Positions 44,594-54,996 of a DNA stretch of 64,000 bases are shown here, piece by piece. The first letter of the stretch is position 1. Each line of letters begins with the position of its first letter. Made by a program: the position numbers and the translations under genes. Source of the stretch: Gammaproteobacteria bacterium (lineage in GTDB: Bacteria; Pseudomonadota; Gammaproteobacteria; SZUA-229); assembly GCA_026195255.1 (NCBI GenBank), contig JAPHSS010000035.1:12858-76857 (forward strand), in the 5' to 3' direction. The notes beneath the pieces were generated by a model. It saw only the letters and a program-made list of their open reading frames with translations. It had not been told where the DNA came from and ran no database searches.

Positions 44594-47500
44594 TTACTGT
44601 TCGTTTTCTTTTGTGTGTTTTTTCGCGAGTAACACGTAAAGTGATGGCACAACAAACAGAGTAAACAGGGTTCCGATTGCCATACCACCCACTAACACCA
44701 GACCTATGGAGTTACGTGCAGCAGCACCAGCACCGGTTACAAGCACCAATGGAAAATGCCCGGCGATGGTCGCGAAGCTTGTCATTAGTATCGGGCGTAA
44801 ACGTATCATTGATGCCTGATGCACGGCCTCGAGCTTATCAACACCTTGCAGTTGCAACTTGTTGGCAAACTCAACAATAAGAATACCGTTTTTTGCGATA
44901 AGTCCAACCAGTGTCACCAGCCCGACCTGGGCGTAGATATTCATGGTGGTTGTCCAGCCATTCGTCCAGTACGGCATATTGGGATCTGGCATTTTTAACA
45001 GGGTAAACACTAACGCGCCAAACATGGCTAATGGAACCGAACCAGCCAGAATAACTAACGGATCGCGGAAGGCATTAAACTGAACCGCCAGTACAAGAAA
45101 TATCATTAAAATCGCCAGTGAAAAAGCCGGTAGAAACTTATTACCCTCGGTACGCAACTGACGGGATTCACCGGTATAGTCAAAGCTATAACCTGGTGGA
45201 AGAATTTCAGCCGCTTCTTTTTCCAGAAAACTCAAGGCTTCGTCTAATGTGCGCGTACTCACAGCGGATAACTTAACCGCGTTGAGTTGCTGGAATCGAT
45301 TAAGCGAACGTGCCACTACCGAATGTTCTATATGAGCAATCGATGACAATGGGACCATCTGACCGTCAGGTCCGGCAGCGATATGAATTTCCCCGAGCTG
45401 CTCACTGTTTAACCTGTCCGCGCGTTTGATAAGGGGTATCACTTTATAACTACGTCCATCCATATTAAAGCGGTTAACAAAGTTGCCACTGGTGGCGACG
45501 GCAAGGTCAGCACCAACCTCTGACAGGTTGAGACCCAAATCAGCGACTTTATCCCGGTCAAAAACAATTGTGTCCTGTGGTTGATCCAGTTTCAGGTCGA
45601 TGACCGGGGGAAACGCAAACAGCCCACTCGCCATGGCTTTCTGTTGCAAGGTATTGGCAAACTCAAGCAGTTTATCCGCATCTGCAGTTGATGTAATAAC
45701 AAACTCAACCGGGAAATTACTGCCGCCGGGTAATGCGGGTGGCGTGGTTATAAACATCTGCAGGCCGGGTATTTGAGATACCTTCGCCTGCACTTCCGGC
45801 ACCATCTCGGTAACCGTTCGGGTTCGTTCACCCCAGGGTTTTACCACCACACCGCTAAAACCATCGGCACCAATCGTTGCGCCGACTGAAGGGGGGAATA
45901 ACAGCTGGAAGGTCAATGCGGCTTCGGGAACCTCAAGCATCACTTTTTCAGCGGCTTCGGCGTAAACCGCATTCTGGTCTACGGTGGCATTGGATGCTGT
46001 ATTGATAATACCAAACAGGACACTTTGATCTTCCGTTGGCGCCAGTTCATTAGGAGAAAACATGAACATCGGAATCGTACTCAGACTGATCACCGCCCAT
46101 ACCAGATAAACTGCCGGTCTGGCATTAAGCGTTGTGCCCAAAAATCGCCCATACACTTGTTGAAGCTGGTCGAAACGCTGGTTTAACCAGCCACTCAAAC
46201 CACGCTCTTCTTCCTTGGCACTGGGTAATAATCTCGCCGCCATGGCCGGGGATAATGTCAGCGCAACCACACCGGATATGGCAACAGCCCCGGCCAGTGA
46301 AAAAGCAAACTCGCGGAATAGTGAGCCGGTTAATCCGCCCTGTAATCCGATTGGAATATAAACCGCGACCAGCGTTAAGGTCATGGCAATAATAGGTGAC
46401 ACTAGCTCACGCGCGCCCAACATAGCCGCCTCACGTGGCGTGCGCCCTTCACGTAAATGACGCTCAACATTTTCGACCACGACAATGGCATCATCAACCA
46501 CCAGTCCAACTGAAAGTACAATCGCTAACAGGGTCAACAGGTTCAGCGTAAAACCAAACATCTGCATCAGAAAAATGCCACCGATCAGTGAAACTGGAAT
46601 CGCCATTACTGGCACCAGTACTGAACGCACCGAGCCAAGGAATAAAAAGATAACGATAATAACAATCAGCAACGTCTCAACGAGTGTGCCTGTAACCTCA
46701 TCAATAGCATCACTAACATATTGTGAAGCGTCATAACCAATGCTGGCATCAAGACCCGCTGGCATTTCCTGTTTTAACTTCTCCAGTTCAGTACGCACCC
46801 CATCAATGACATCAATTATATTGGCATTGGGCTGAGGGAACACACCGATGAAGACCGCGGTATCCCCTGAGTATCGCACCATAGTGTCGTAGTCTTCCGC
46901 ACCCAGTTCGACATCGGCTACATCTTCAAGCCTTATGATGCTGCCGTTACTTTTATAAACCACCAGCCGCCGGAAATCCTCAGCGTTATGCAAATCAGTG
47001 TTGGCTGCCAGATAGGTTTGTACTAATGCGCCTTTGGTACTACCAATAGCCGCAAGATAGTTGTTTGCCGCCAGCGCCTGACTGACCTGGGACGGTGTGA
47101 CATGCAAAGCTGCCATTCGATCGGGTTTTAACCAGACACGCATGGCGAAAGTGCGCGCCCCAAAAATTTCTATGCGCTGAACACCGGCACCCGCGGACAG
47201 GGTTGGCTGCACGACACGTATCAGGTAATCGGTAATCTGCTCTGGTGAGAGAATATTCGACCAGAAACTGAGATAGGCAGCAGCAAACTCGGAGTCTGCA
47301 GACTGCACACTGATGGTTGGCAATTGTGCTTCGAGAGGTAAATCATTTCGAACCTGATCTACCTTAGACGAAATTTCCGCCAGTGCGCGGGTAGAGTCAT
47401 GGTTAAGTTTCAGGCGTGCATTAATTATTGAAACACCCTGCAAACTTTTTGATTCAATATAGTCTATGCCTTCAGCTGCGGCGATGGCTCGCTCAAGCGG

Positions 47501-47710
47501 CGTGGTAATAAAGCCACGCACCAGTTCGGCACTGGCACCGACATATACGGTTGATATCTGTACCGTTGCATTTTCACTTAACGGATATTGCCGAACACTT
47601 AACGAGTTCCAGGCACTTAAACCGGCGATAATAATTAACAGATTGATTACCAGAGCCAGCACCGGGCGCTGGATAAATAAATCCGTAAAACTGGTTTTAA
47701 CTGGTGACAT
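44594..47710 (-). CDS. RND multidrug efflux permease (AcrB/MexB-like)
   Basis: 1038 aa. FTDLFIQRPVLALVINLLIIIAGL, LSVGLVVDDAIVVVENVERH and 12-TM architecture. The ATG shares one nt with the adaptor stop. Confidence 0.9.
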   Translation of the reverse strand: MSPVKTSFTDLFIQRPVLALVINLLIIIAGLSAWNSLSVRQYPLSENATVQISTVYVGASAELVRGFITTPLERAIAAAEGIDYIESKSLQGVSIINARLKLNHDSTRALAEISSKVDQVRNDLPLEAQLPTISVQSADSEFAAAYLSFWSNILSPEQITDYLIRVVQPTLSAGAGVQRIEIFGARTFAMRVWLKPDRMAALHVTPSQVSQALAANNYLAAIGSTKGALVQTYLAANTDLHNAEDFRRLVVYKSNGSIIRLEDVADVELGAEDYDTMVRYSGDTAVFIGVFPQPNANIIDVIDGVRTELEKLKQEMPAGLDASIGYDASQYVSDAIDEVTGTLVETLLIVIIVIFLFLGSVRSVLVPVMAIPVSLIGGIFLMQMFGFTLNLLTLLAIVLSVGLVVDDAIVVVENVERHLREGRTPREAAMLGARELVSPIIAMTLTLVAVYIPIGLQGGLTGSLFREFAFSLAGAVAISGVVALTLSPAMAARLLPSAKEEERGLSGWLNQRFDQLQQVYGRFLGTTLNARPAVYLVWAVISLSTIPMFMFSPNELAPTEDQSVLFGIINTASNATVDQNAVYAEAAEKVMLEVPEAALTFQLLFPPSVGATIGADGFSGVVVKPWGERTRTVTEMVPEVQAKVSQIPGLQMFITTPPALPGGSNFPVEFVITSTADADKLLEFANTLQQKAMASGLFAFPPVIDLKLDQPQDTIVFDRDKVADLGLNLSEVGADLAVATSGNFVNRFNMDGRSYKVIPLIKRADRLNSEQLGEIHIAAGPDGQMVPLSSIAHIEHSVVARSLNRFQQLNAVKLSAVSTRTLDEALSFLEKEAAEILPPGYSFDYTGESRQLRTEGNKFLPAFSLAILMIFLVLAVQFNAFRDPLVILAGSVPLAMFGALVFTLLKMPDPNMPYWTNGWTTTMNIYAQVGLVTLVGLIAKNGILIVEFANKLQLQGVDKLEAVHQASMIRLRPILMTSFATIAGHFPLVLVTGAGAAARNSIGLVLVGGMAIGTLFTLFVVPSLYVLLAKKHTKENEQ

Positions 47711-48840
47711 CAGGAGTCCTTCGGATTGGGCTCAAGACTGGCTTCAGGAGCCAGCTTATTATCAATAACTACCGACGATCCAGAGCGCAATTTAAACACC
47801 CCGCTGGTAACGACAGTTTCGCCATTTTTCAAACCATCCGTAACATCAACATAGTCACCACGTTTCTGCCCCAGAATAACGAATTGCTGACGCAAAACTT
47901 TTTGAGTTTCGCCGCTTTCTTCGTCTTTTTTCTCATCTATAACAAACACCGAGTTGCCAAACGGCGCATAGAGTACAGACGTTGCAGGAATCGGTAATAC
48001 TTTTTTCGTCTCTGGCAATATCAACTCAACATTAACGAACATGCCAGTGCGAAGTTTCTCATCCGGGTTTTCGACCACAGAACGGACCTTTACATTACGA
48101 GTCAGCGGATCAACTTCCAGGTTAACCGCTGTAATCACGCCATTAAAAATATCATCAGGTGTGGAATCTGATTTCACCCGCACTTTCATGTTGCGTTTTA
48201 TCTGCAACATTTTTTGCTGCGGAACAGAAAAGTCAACGTATACCCGATTTAACATCTGTAATGCGGCAATCGGATCACCGATAGAAAGAATCTGTCCCTG
48301 GTTGACCTGTCGAATACCCAGACGTCCGGCAAACGGTGCGCGAATCGTTTTCTTATCAAGTGAAGCTTTAATCACCTCAACCTGAGCTTCGGTTTCTTTG
48401 ACATGGGTAGTCGCCCGATCAACCGCATCTTCAGAAACCAGATTTCTAGCAATCAGGCTACGCACTCGTTTCAGATCAGCTCTGGCCTGGGCGGCTGAAG
48501 CTGTGTTTGAAGCGAGTTGTGCATTTTCACTACTGCTATCCAGTAACACCAGAACCTGGCCTTCTTTAACTGTGTCATCCGAATCGAAGCTGATTTTAGT
48601 AACACGACCGGCCGCTTCGGCACTGACAAGCACCCCATGTACGGCGGATACCGAGGCCGTGGCAGGAATAAACTGCTCCCAGTATTGTTCACTGGCGCTA
48701 AATGAGGTAACGGTTTCAGGTGGAAAAGTCATCTTCGATGCTGCATCACCCATGGCAGCAAACTGCCCGAGTTTAACGAAAACAAGTACGCCAACCAGTA
48801 AACTAACCGCAATGCCTGCAATAAGTATTTTTTTCAACAT
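47710..48840 (-). CDS. RND efflux periplasmic adaptor subunit
   Basis: 376 aa. N-terminal anchor, then lipoyl/hairpin/beta-barrel pattern (VSAEAAGRVTKISFDSDDTVKEGQVLVLLD ... IRAPFAGRLGIRQVNQGQ). Confidence 0.85.
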   Translation of the reverse strand: MLKKILIAGIAVSLLVGVLVFVKLGQFAAMGDAASKMTFPPETVTSFSASEQYWEQFIPATASVSAVHGVLVSAEAAGRVTKISFDSDDTVKEGQVLVLLDSSSENAQLASNTASAAQARADLKRVRSLIARNLVSEDAVDRATTHVKETEAQVEVIKASLDKKTIRAPFAGRLGIRQVNQGQILSIGDPIAALQMLNRVYVDFSVPQQKMLQIKRNMKVRVKSDSTPDDIFNGVITAVNLEVDPLTRNVKVRSVVENPDEKLRTGMFVNVELILPETKKVLPIPATSVLYAPFGNSVFVIDEKKDEESGETQKVLRQQFVILGQKRGDYVDVTDGLKNGETVVTSGVFKLRSGSSVVIDNKLAPEASLEPNPKDS

Positions 48841-49124
48841 AAAGAATTATCCAAAACGTAAAGAAGCCCCGATCAACGAAACATCAGTCATTAATATCTC
48901 AAAAACAACAGATCACTATCCTTGTTTATTATTTCCGTAAGTGGAATAACTGGAATTATGCATGGATCTGAAGCAAAGCCATTACAAGCTACTACTTTCA
49001 ATAACACCCAATACCCGGGCACTGAATTGCTGATATGCCTGAGTCTATAGTCGGCACAATATCACACTCATTAGACACGGCAACCTAAAAATACTATAAA
49101 TCGTATATCAGTAAAAAAATTAAA

Positions 49125-51407
49125 CTACTTACCCGCCCTCACTAAACTTCCCAGTCCGGCAGCATCAAGAGATTTTTCAAATAACAAACGTATATCAGAA
49201 ACATTTTCCAGAGTGAGTGCTTTATCAATGAGTTCCTTAGTCTGTTGCTGTGTAAAAGACCGAATCGTCCATTTCACTTTTAAGACACTACCGGAACTCA
49301 TGCTCAAACTATCAATTCCCATACCCACAAGCGCTAATGCCGAAACGGGATCACCAGCCATTTCACCACACACACTAACCGGTTTATTGTGTTTATGAGC
49401 AACTTTCACTACCTGTTGAATAGACATTAATACCGACGGGTGCATAGAGTTATAAAGTCCTGCAACCTGTTTGTTGTTTCTATCTACCGCCAGTAAATAC
49501 TGGGTTAAATCATTACTGCCCACTGAAAAGAAATCGACACGTTTAGCTAAAGCGTCCATTTGATAAACAGCTGATGGCACTTCGATCATTAATCCAATTA
49601 ATGGATAGGCTGTATCAATGCCTTCATCATTTAAATCCTTATGGGCTTTATTAATTAACTCCAACGCCATATCGACTTCACTAATATCACTTATCATTGG
49701 CAACATAAGGCGAAGATTATTTTCATAAATATTAGCTTTTAAAATAGCTCTAATTTGTGTGAGAAAAATTTCTGGATGATCTAACATGATACGAATACCG
49801 CGCCAGCCCAGAAATGGATTATCTTCAACGATAGGAAAATAAGGCAGCGCCTTATCACCACCTATATCCAGTGTACGGAATGTAACCGGACGAGGTGAAA
49901 AACTCTGTAAAACCTGTTTGTAAATTTCCGTTTGTTCATCTTCACCAGGAAAACCATCTCGTATAAGAAAAGGCACTTCTGTACGGTAAAGACCTACACC
50001 CTCTGCACCACATTTTAATGACGGTGAAATATCCTGTAATAATCCTGTATTCGCATATAAGGGAATATGAACACCATCAAGGGTCTCTGAAGGTTTATCT
50101 ATTAATTCATTTAACTCGTCATCAAGTAACTTTTCTTCACTGATTAAACGGCGAAATTCATCGAGAATGACTACTGATGGTTTTACATAAATTTGCCCGT
50201 TATAACCGTCAACAACAATCTGCTGCCCTTTAATATGATTCACTGGTAAATTGTCTATACCCACTACGGATGCAATACCCAGTGCTCTCGATAAAATTGC
50301 CACATGAGATGAAGCAGAACCTTTGCTTGAAATAATGGCCACGAGGTTTTCGAGAGGCACTTCAGAAAATTGAGAAACGGTTATTTCTTCACCGACAAGC
50401 ACGACGGGGCCCGAGACTTCATGGAGTGCTGTTGTTTGTAGCTGTAGATGCATCAGGATTCGTCGACCAAGATCTTTTATATCAATCGCACGTTCCCGAA
50501 AATATGCATCATCCATTTCATCGAATTGTTTTACATGTTCGCCAATAGTTTCTCGCAAGGCAGCCTGTGCCCACTGCCCGGCTTTAATTCTTTTAATGAT
50601 CGAGTCTATTAAGGAATCACTTTTTAACATTAAGCTAAATACATCAAACAGCGCTAACTCTTCAGACGATATAACCCCTTGCATTTTTTTAGATAGCTCT
50701 TTGAATTCACTGTCGACATTTTCGACTGCCTCAGTGAATAAATTTATTTGATCATCCACCTCATCAGCAGAAATAATATTGTCAGGCACAGCCTCCAGAC
50801 TGGCAGGTGGGTAGACCACCACTGCCTCACCTATAGCGATACCCGGTGAACCACTTAAACCTTTCATGTTAAATGAATGGCCTTCATCATCTTCAAGAAA
50901 ATGAGTTAACTCACCTCTTATTTCTGCATGAGAGATAGCACCCGCCAATTGTGCTGCCAGTGTTATCAGAAAAGTTTCATCATTAGCAGAAAATCGACGC
51001 TGCCTGGTTTGCCGAACCACCAGCACTCCCAGAACATTACGATGTTGAATTATGGGTACACCTAAAAAGCCATGAAAGGAGATCTCGTCAGTTTCTGTAA
51101 CAAAACAATAATTGGGGTGAGCGTGTGCGTCCTTTATATTAACGGACTCTGCCTGTTTAAACACCAAACCAACCAGTCCCTGGTCCAGATTAAAGCGTAT
51201 TTTACCTATTGCCTTAGGGTTTAGACCATCCGTTGCCATCAATACCAGTTTTTTAGTTTTGTCATCAAGAAAATAAACCGAAACGGCATCAACCTGCATC
51301 ACATCTCTGGTGCGCTGCACAATAATATTAAGCGCCTGTTCAAAATCAGGCGCATTATTAACGTCCTGAATGATATGCCTCAGAGTATCGAATATTTTAA
51401 TATTCAT
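49125..51407 (-). CDS. ptsP: Phosphoenolpyruvate-protein phosphotransferase PtsP (EI-Ntr, N-terminal GAF domain)
   Basis: 760 aa. GAF-like N-terminus, then GGDKALPYF, the PEP-utilising enzyme region NPFLGWRGIR and SVGSNDLTQY. Confidence 0.9.
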   Translation of the reverse strand: MNIKIFDTLRHIIQDVNNAPDFEQALNIIVQRTRDVMQVDAVSVYFLDDKTKKLVLMATDGLNPKAIGKIRFNLDQGLVGLVFKQAESVNIKDAHAHPNYCFVTETDEISFHGFLGVPIIQHRNVLGVLVVRQTRQRRFSANDETFLITLAAQLAGAISHAEIRGELTHFLEDDEGHSFNMKGLSGSPGIAIGEAVVVYPPASLEAVPDNIISADEVDDQINLFTEAVENVDSEFKELSKKMQGVISSEELALFDVFSLMLKSDSLIDSIIKRIKAGQWAQAALRETIGEHVKQFDEMDDAYFRERAIDIKDLGRRILMHLQLQTTALHEVSGPVVLVGEEITVSQFSEVPLENLVAIISSKGSASSHVAILSRALGIASVVGIDNLPVNHIKGQQIVVDGYNGQIYVKPSVVILDEFRRLISEEKLLDDELNELIDKPSETLDGVHIPLYANTGLLQDISPSLKCGAEGVGLYRTEVPFLIRDGFPGEDEQTEIYKQVLQSFSPRPVTFRTLDIGGDKALPYFPIVEDNPFLGWRGIRIMLDHPEIFLTQIRAILKANIYENNLRLMLPMISDISEVDMALELINKAHKDLNDEGIDTAYPLIGLMIEVPSAVYQMDALAKRVDFFSVGSNDLTQYLLAVDRNNKQVAGLYNSMHPSVLMSIQQVVKVAHKHNKPVSVCGEMAGDPVSALALVGMGIDSLSMSSGSVLKVKWTIRSFTQQQTKELIDKALTLENVSDIRLLFEKSLDAAGLGSLVRAGK

Positions 51408-51509
51408 GTATGCCTTTATTTCATTTATACAATGTAAACCAATATACTTTGTTTAGTATAAAGCATAAAAAAGCATCAGTGTTACTCAGTGGTTAGTTAA
51501 AGTATTGAA

Positions 51510-51731
51510 AAGTCAAAAGCAGAAGGTTAGAGAAACCGCAAATGAACGAAATATTTAGTGTGGGGTATTACGTGGCAAAGGCGCATCCCTATCGGTGATA
51601 GACCGCTACCCACTTTCAATGGACATGGAGCGCTCTGTCCCATTAACACAATCCACCAGAAGATGTTCGATGTAATAACCTCGACCAGTTAAACAGTCTG
51701 AAAAGCCAAAGGTAAAGAAACTGCAAATATT
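51510..51731. repeat. Two imperfect direct copies of a purine-rich ~36-nt element
   Basis: AAGTCAAAAGCAGAAGGTTAGAGAAACCGCAAATGA at 51510-51545 and CAGTCTGAAAAGCCAAAGGTAAAGAAACTGCAAATAT at 51694-51730. A related head sequence occurs at 16961-16992. Confidence 0.35.
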
Positions 51732-51741
51732 AAATTAATAA

Positions 51742-51771
51742 CTCGTTCCCACGCAGGGGCATGGGAACGAG
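51742..51771 (-). terminator. 10-bp-stem hairpin
   Basis: CTCGTTCCCA - 10-nt loop - TGGGAACGAG, lying 180 nt downstream of the 51952-52173 gene on the minus strand. Confidence 0.3.
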
Positions 51772-51951
51772 ATAAAAAACAACGGCTCCAGCTTTAAATA
51801 GAAGAAAGGTTAAGTGCATGAAAGCACTAAATAATTCACGTGCTTTATAAGCGGCAGGACCTGGAAAACCTACTATTGAGACGCCATAAATAGAGCGTTA
51901 CCCGAGGCTACTGAGCCTACAACAACATAACAGGGTATATATTAATACTAC

Positions 51952-52173
51952 TTACTGATCCTCCTGTGGTGCATTATCAGCCGGCACCTCAAAACTATCT
52001 ATACACTCCTTTATATAAACAGCTTTTTCTTCGGCATTTTCGATAGCATAGGTATCAACCTGTTCTTTACAGTAGGTTCTATATTCATCCTCAGCAGCAT
52101 CATTATCTGTAGCGTTTGCAGTATAGAGGTTTAATGATAGAGATAAGATCGCTATAAGTTGGATAAACTTCAT
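51952..52173 (-). CDS. Small secreted acidic protein, unknown function
   Basis: 73 aa. Signal peptide MKFIQLIAILSLSLNLYTANA, two Cys and an acidic mature part. Confidence 0.45.
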   Translation of the reverse strand: MKFIQLIAILSLSLNLYTANATDNDAAEDEYRTYCKEQVDTYAIENAEEKAVYIKECIDSFEVPADNAPQEDQ

Positions 52174-52371
52174 TAAATTAACTCCAGTATTTATAATTCT
52201 ATAATGAGGGTGAAAGCAGTGTATTTTTACGTTAAGAATTATTTTTAGTAAAGTTAATAAAACAGCATGTCACGATCATATTTTTCGATTAATATAAGTT
52301 CCTTTGACATTGTTAATGCTCATCACAAGTTCCAGCATAAACTCAAGAATTCAATATCAGGTGACAAATTA

Positions 52372-53211
52372 ATGGATATGGGACTATTAAAAGCATTTAT
52401 TGAAGTGCATCGTTCAAGACATTTCGGCCGAGCTGCTAAGAGTCTCTTCATTAGTCAATCAGCGATAAGTGCGAGAATTAAACAACTTGAAGATGAGCTT
52501 GGTACTCGCTTATTTACGCGAGACAGAAATAACATTGAACTGACCACTGCAGGCAAAAAGTTCCTTATCTATTCAGAAAATATATTAAATACATGGAATA
52601 AGGCCAAACAGGAAATAGCCATTCCCGACAATGTAGACCTTCTACTAAGTGTTGCTGCATTACCCAGTATCTGGGACATTTTTCTTGCAGACTGGTTAGG
52701 TTGGGTACATGCAAATAATACATCCATCGCCCTACAGGCTGATGTAATGAGAGCAGATTCTTTAACAAGAAACCTGCTTGATGGCACATTAGATTTAGGT
52801 TTTGTATTCGACCCACCTAAAACGCCACAATTACTTGTTAAAGAACTCATACCCGTTCCTTTAATAATGGTCTCAAATAAGCCCTCTATTAGCGCTGAAA
52901 AAGCAGTACAGAAAGACTATATTTTTGTAGACTGGGGAACCTCATTTGGAATATTGCATGCCAGCCAATACCCTGACATCCCTCCGCCTAAACTTAGAGC
53001 CGGCGTAGGTAGAATTGCGCTAGAATTTCTTGGTAAATTTGGCGGAGCCGCTTATTTACCTGAAGCGATGGTTAAAGAAAAACTGGGGCTAACTCTACAT
53101 AAAGTTGAAGATGCCCCAGTCATTCATAAAGATGCTTATGCAATTTACTCACATACCAGTGTTAAGCAAGATGCTATAGAGCACTCTTTAAACTGGTTTA
53201 ATAAACGCTAA
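52372..53211 (+). CDS. LysR family transcriptional regulator
   Basis: MDMGLLKAFIEVHRSRHFGRAAKSLFISQSAISARIKQLEDELGTRLFTR. The start is taken at Met36 of the tracked ORF. Confidence 0.85.
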   Translation: MDMGLLKAFIEVHRSRHFGRAAKSLFISQSAISARIKQLEDELGTRLFTRDRNNIELTTAGKKFLIYSENILNTWNKAKQEIAIPDNVDLLLSVAALPSIWDIFLADWLGWVHANNTSIALQADVMRADSLTRNLLDGTLDLGFVFDPPKTPQLLVKELIPVPLIMVSNKPSISAEKAVQKDYIFVDWGTSFGILHASQYPDIPPPKLRAGVGRIALEFLGKFGGAAYLPEAMVKEKLGLTLHKVEDAPVIHKDAYAIYSHTSVKQDAIEHSLNWFNKR

Positions 53212-53399
53212 AAATAATAGTTAAAACTATCGTCAGTTAATCGTTTAAGCTCTCTTTCCTCCATAATTTGTTCAAGTCGACGGCGAGCGTCCAGGTTAAT
53301 TGTTGATATAACCTCATTAATTTCGATGACTTCAAAGTCATCATCGGTCATATAATTGTTACTTTCAAAAGCATCTTCTTTTATAACTTTTTTAGCCAT
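53208..53399 (-). CDS. Small acidic protein (resembles the PA3496-type ARRRLE...ERELKRL family)
   Basis: 63 aa from MAKKVIKED. Contains DDDFEVIEI and ARRRLEQIMEERELKRLTDD. The family assignment is from memory only. Confidence 0.4.
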   Translation of the reverse strand: MAKKVIKEDAFESNNYMTDDDFEVIEINEVISTINLDARRRLEQIMEERELKRLTDDSFNYYF

Positions 53400-53548
53400 A
53401 ATTAAATTCTCTAAAAACACAGATAACAACAGTTGTGAATATCATCCAGGATGACGATCAGGTAAAGCTAATAATTTAGATCGTCACGATTAGTATTTTG
53501 AATCAGAGATAAGTAAGTGACCCTGCTTTCATGCTCAGCTAGAGCCGT

Positions 53549-54055
53549 TCACACTGCACTACACCTGTTTAAATCGTGATCGGCAATAGCATCACGTATC
53601 AGGACATTATATTCGCCATCGATAGAATCTAGTCTAAAACCTCTACGATATAATAATTGAGCCATTTTTTCTGAATTTAGAGAACAGCGAGCATAGATAT
53701 TTTCGTGAACATAATAATTTAGCATATTATTAAGGAGCTGGCTTGCATAACCCTTATTTTGATGTTTTTTTAGAATCGACATGGCATAAAGTTCTATGCC
53801 ATCACCGTTTAAACAATCTTCACTTAAAATCAATAATCCGATACGTTTGTTATTAAGCGTAAAGATCGAAGCAAATGCACGCCTCTTATCCAGCAATTCA
53901 TTTCTGAGCACAACAGACTGTATTTCCTGTTTCATCAATGTAACTATTTTTTGATTTTCAGCGTCAAAAGAATAATGCCCCTTCCTCGCGCCATATAGAA
54001 CGCAGCCATTGATAAAACCAAGATCTGTAATGTTTGCTTTACGCTCAACTAACAT
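53549..54055 (-). CDS. GNAT family N-acetyltransferase
   Basis: 168 aa. IELYAMSILKKHQNKGYASQLLNNML matches the acetyl-CoA binding motif A (Q/RxxGxG/A-like). Confidence 0.65.
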   Translation of the reverse strand: MLVERKANITDLGFINGCVLYGARKGHYSFDAENQKIVTLMKQEIQSVVLRNELLDKRRAFASIFTLNNKRIGLLILSEDCLNGDGIELYAMSILKKHQNKGYASQLLNNMLNYYVHENIYARCSLNSEKMAQLLYRRGFRLDSIDGEYNVLIRDAIADHDLNRCSAV

Positions 54056-54323
54056 GATGAATTTAACAACTCAAAATAGATAAGTTATGCTAGTGAAATT
54101 TCACAATTACGTCTAATTATAAAAAGCGATCGTGACAACCTGAAATATAGATCAATAATTTATTAAAGCATGAGTATATCCAGGCTTTTATGCAGCATGA
54201 TAAAACTCTATCAGTAGAGTTAACGCTTAGTCATTTATTGCCGGGTTCCCATGGTCCAGCCTTCTGGGCAATATCTAACAAATATTCGATTGTATTTTTT
54301 GTTCTAAAATATTAGTTAATATA

Positions 54324-54746
54324 TTATTCATTTTCATTAACATTATCTATAAGCCTGATCTGGAACTCAAACCTGGGGACTTTTTTTAAATGCAGGCGTA
54401 GGCCGTAGATTCCTTCCTCATCGTTTTTAATCCATTCAGCTTGACTTTTTTGTTTTAGGGGTTGCTTTGATTTTTTCCCAATAACCTCGATATTATCAAA
54501 GTCCTGCGGATTTTTAACAGGCAGTATAATCTCAATAATAGTTGTATCAGTATCTGCATGACTTTCAACGTCGACTACTTTTGCGCCAAGCACATCACCT
54601 GTACTACCAACCTCGGCTTCAAGCCAGTCAGATTCCAGTATAAGTTTTGGCTCGCTAGCGATAACAAATGAGGAAGCTAACAATAAACTCAGAATAAACA
54701 TTACGCCTGTTTTATTTTTCATAATTGACTCAATTATATTTTTCAA
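54324..54746 (-). CDS. Secreted hypothetical protein
   Basis: 140 aa with a signal peptide (GVMFILSLLLASSFVIASEP). No motif recognised. Confidence 0.45.
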   Translation of the reverse strand: MKNIIESIMKNKTGVMFILSLLLASSFVIASEPKLILESDWLEAEVGSTGDVLGAKVVDVESHADTDTTIIEIILPVKNPQDFDNIEVIGKKSKQPLKQKSQAEWIKNDEEGIYGLRLHLKKVPRFEFQIRLIDNVNENE

Positions 54747-54996
54747 TTTTTATAAGTCTGAACAATGTACGAGTAAAGACCTGCTTTTAATTTTAACCGC
54801 TATATCTGATTACCATGCCAACATTGGCTCTATCACTCAGATCACTCAGCATAATCACACTATACATTATTTACCTGATCATTAGTGCAGACTGTGAATA
54901 GCGGATTATGGCCGAATATAGTCATTTGATTCAAATTTTTTTCAATTGCCTGTATTATTAATAGACATAATCTCTAAAACGGTTTTAAATAAAATT

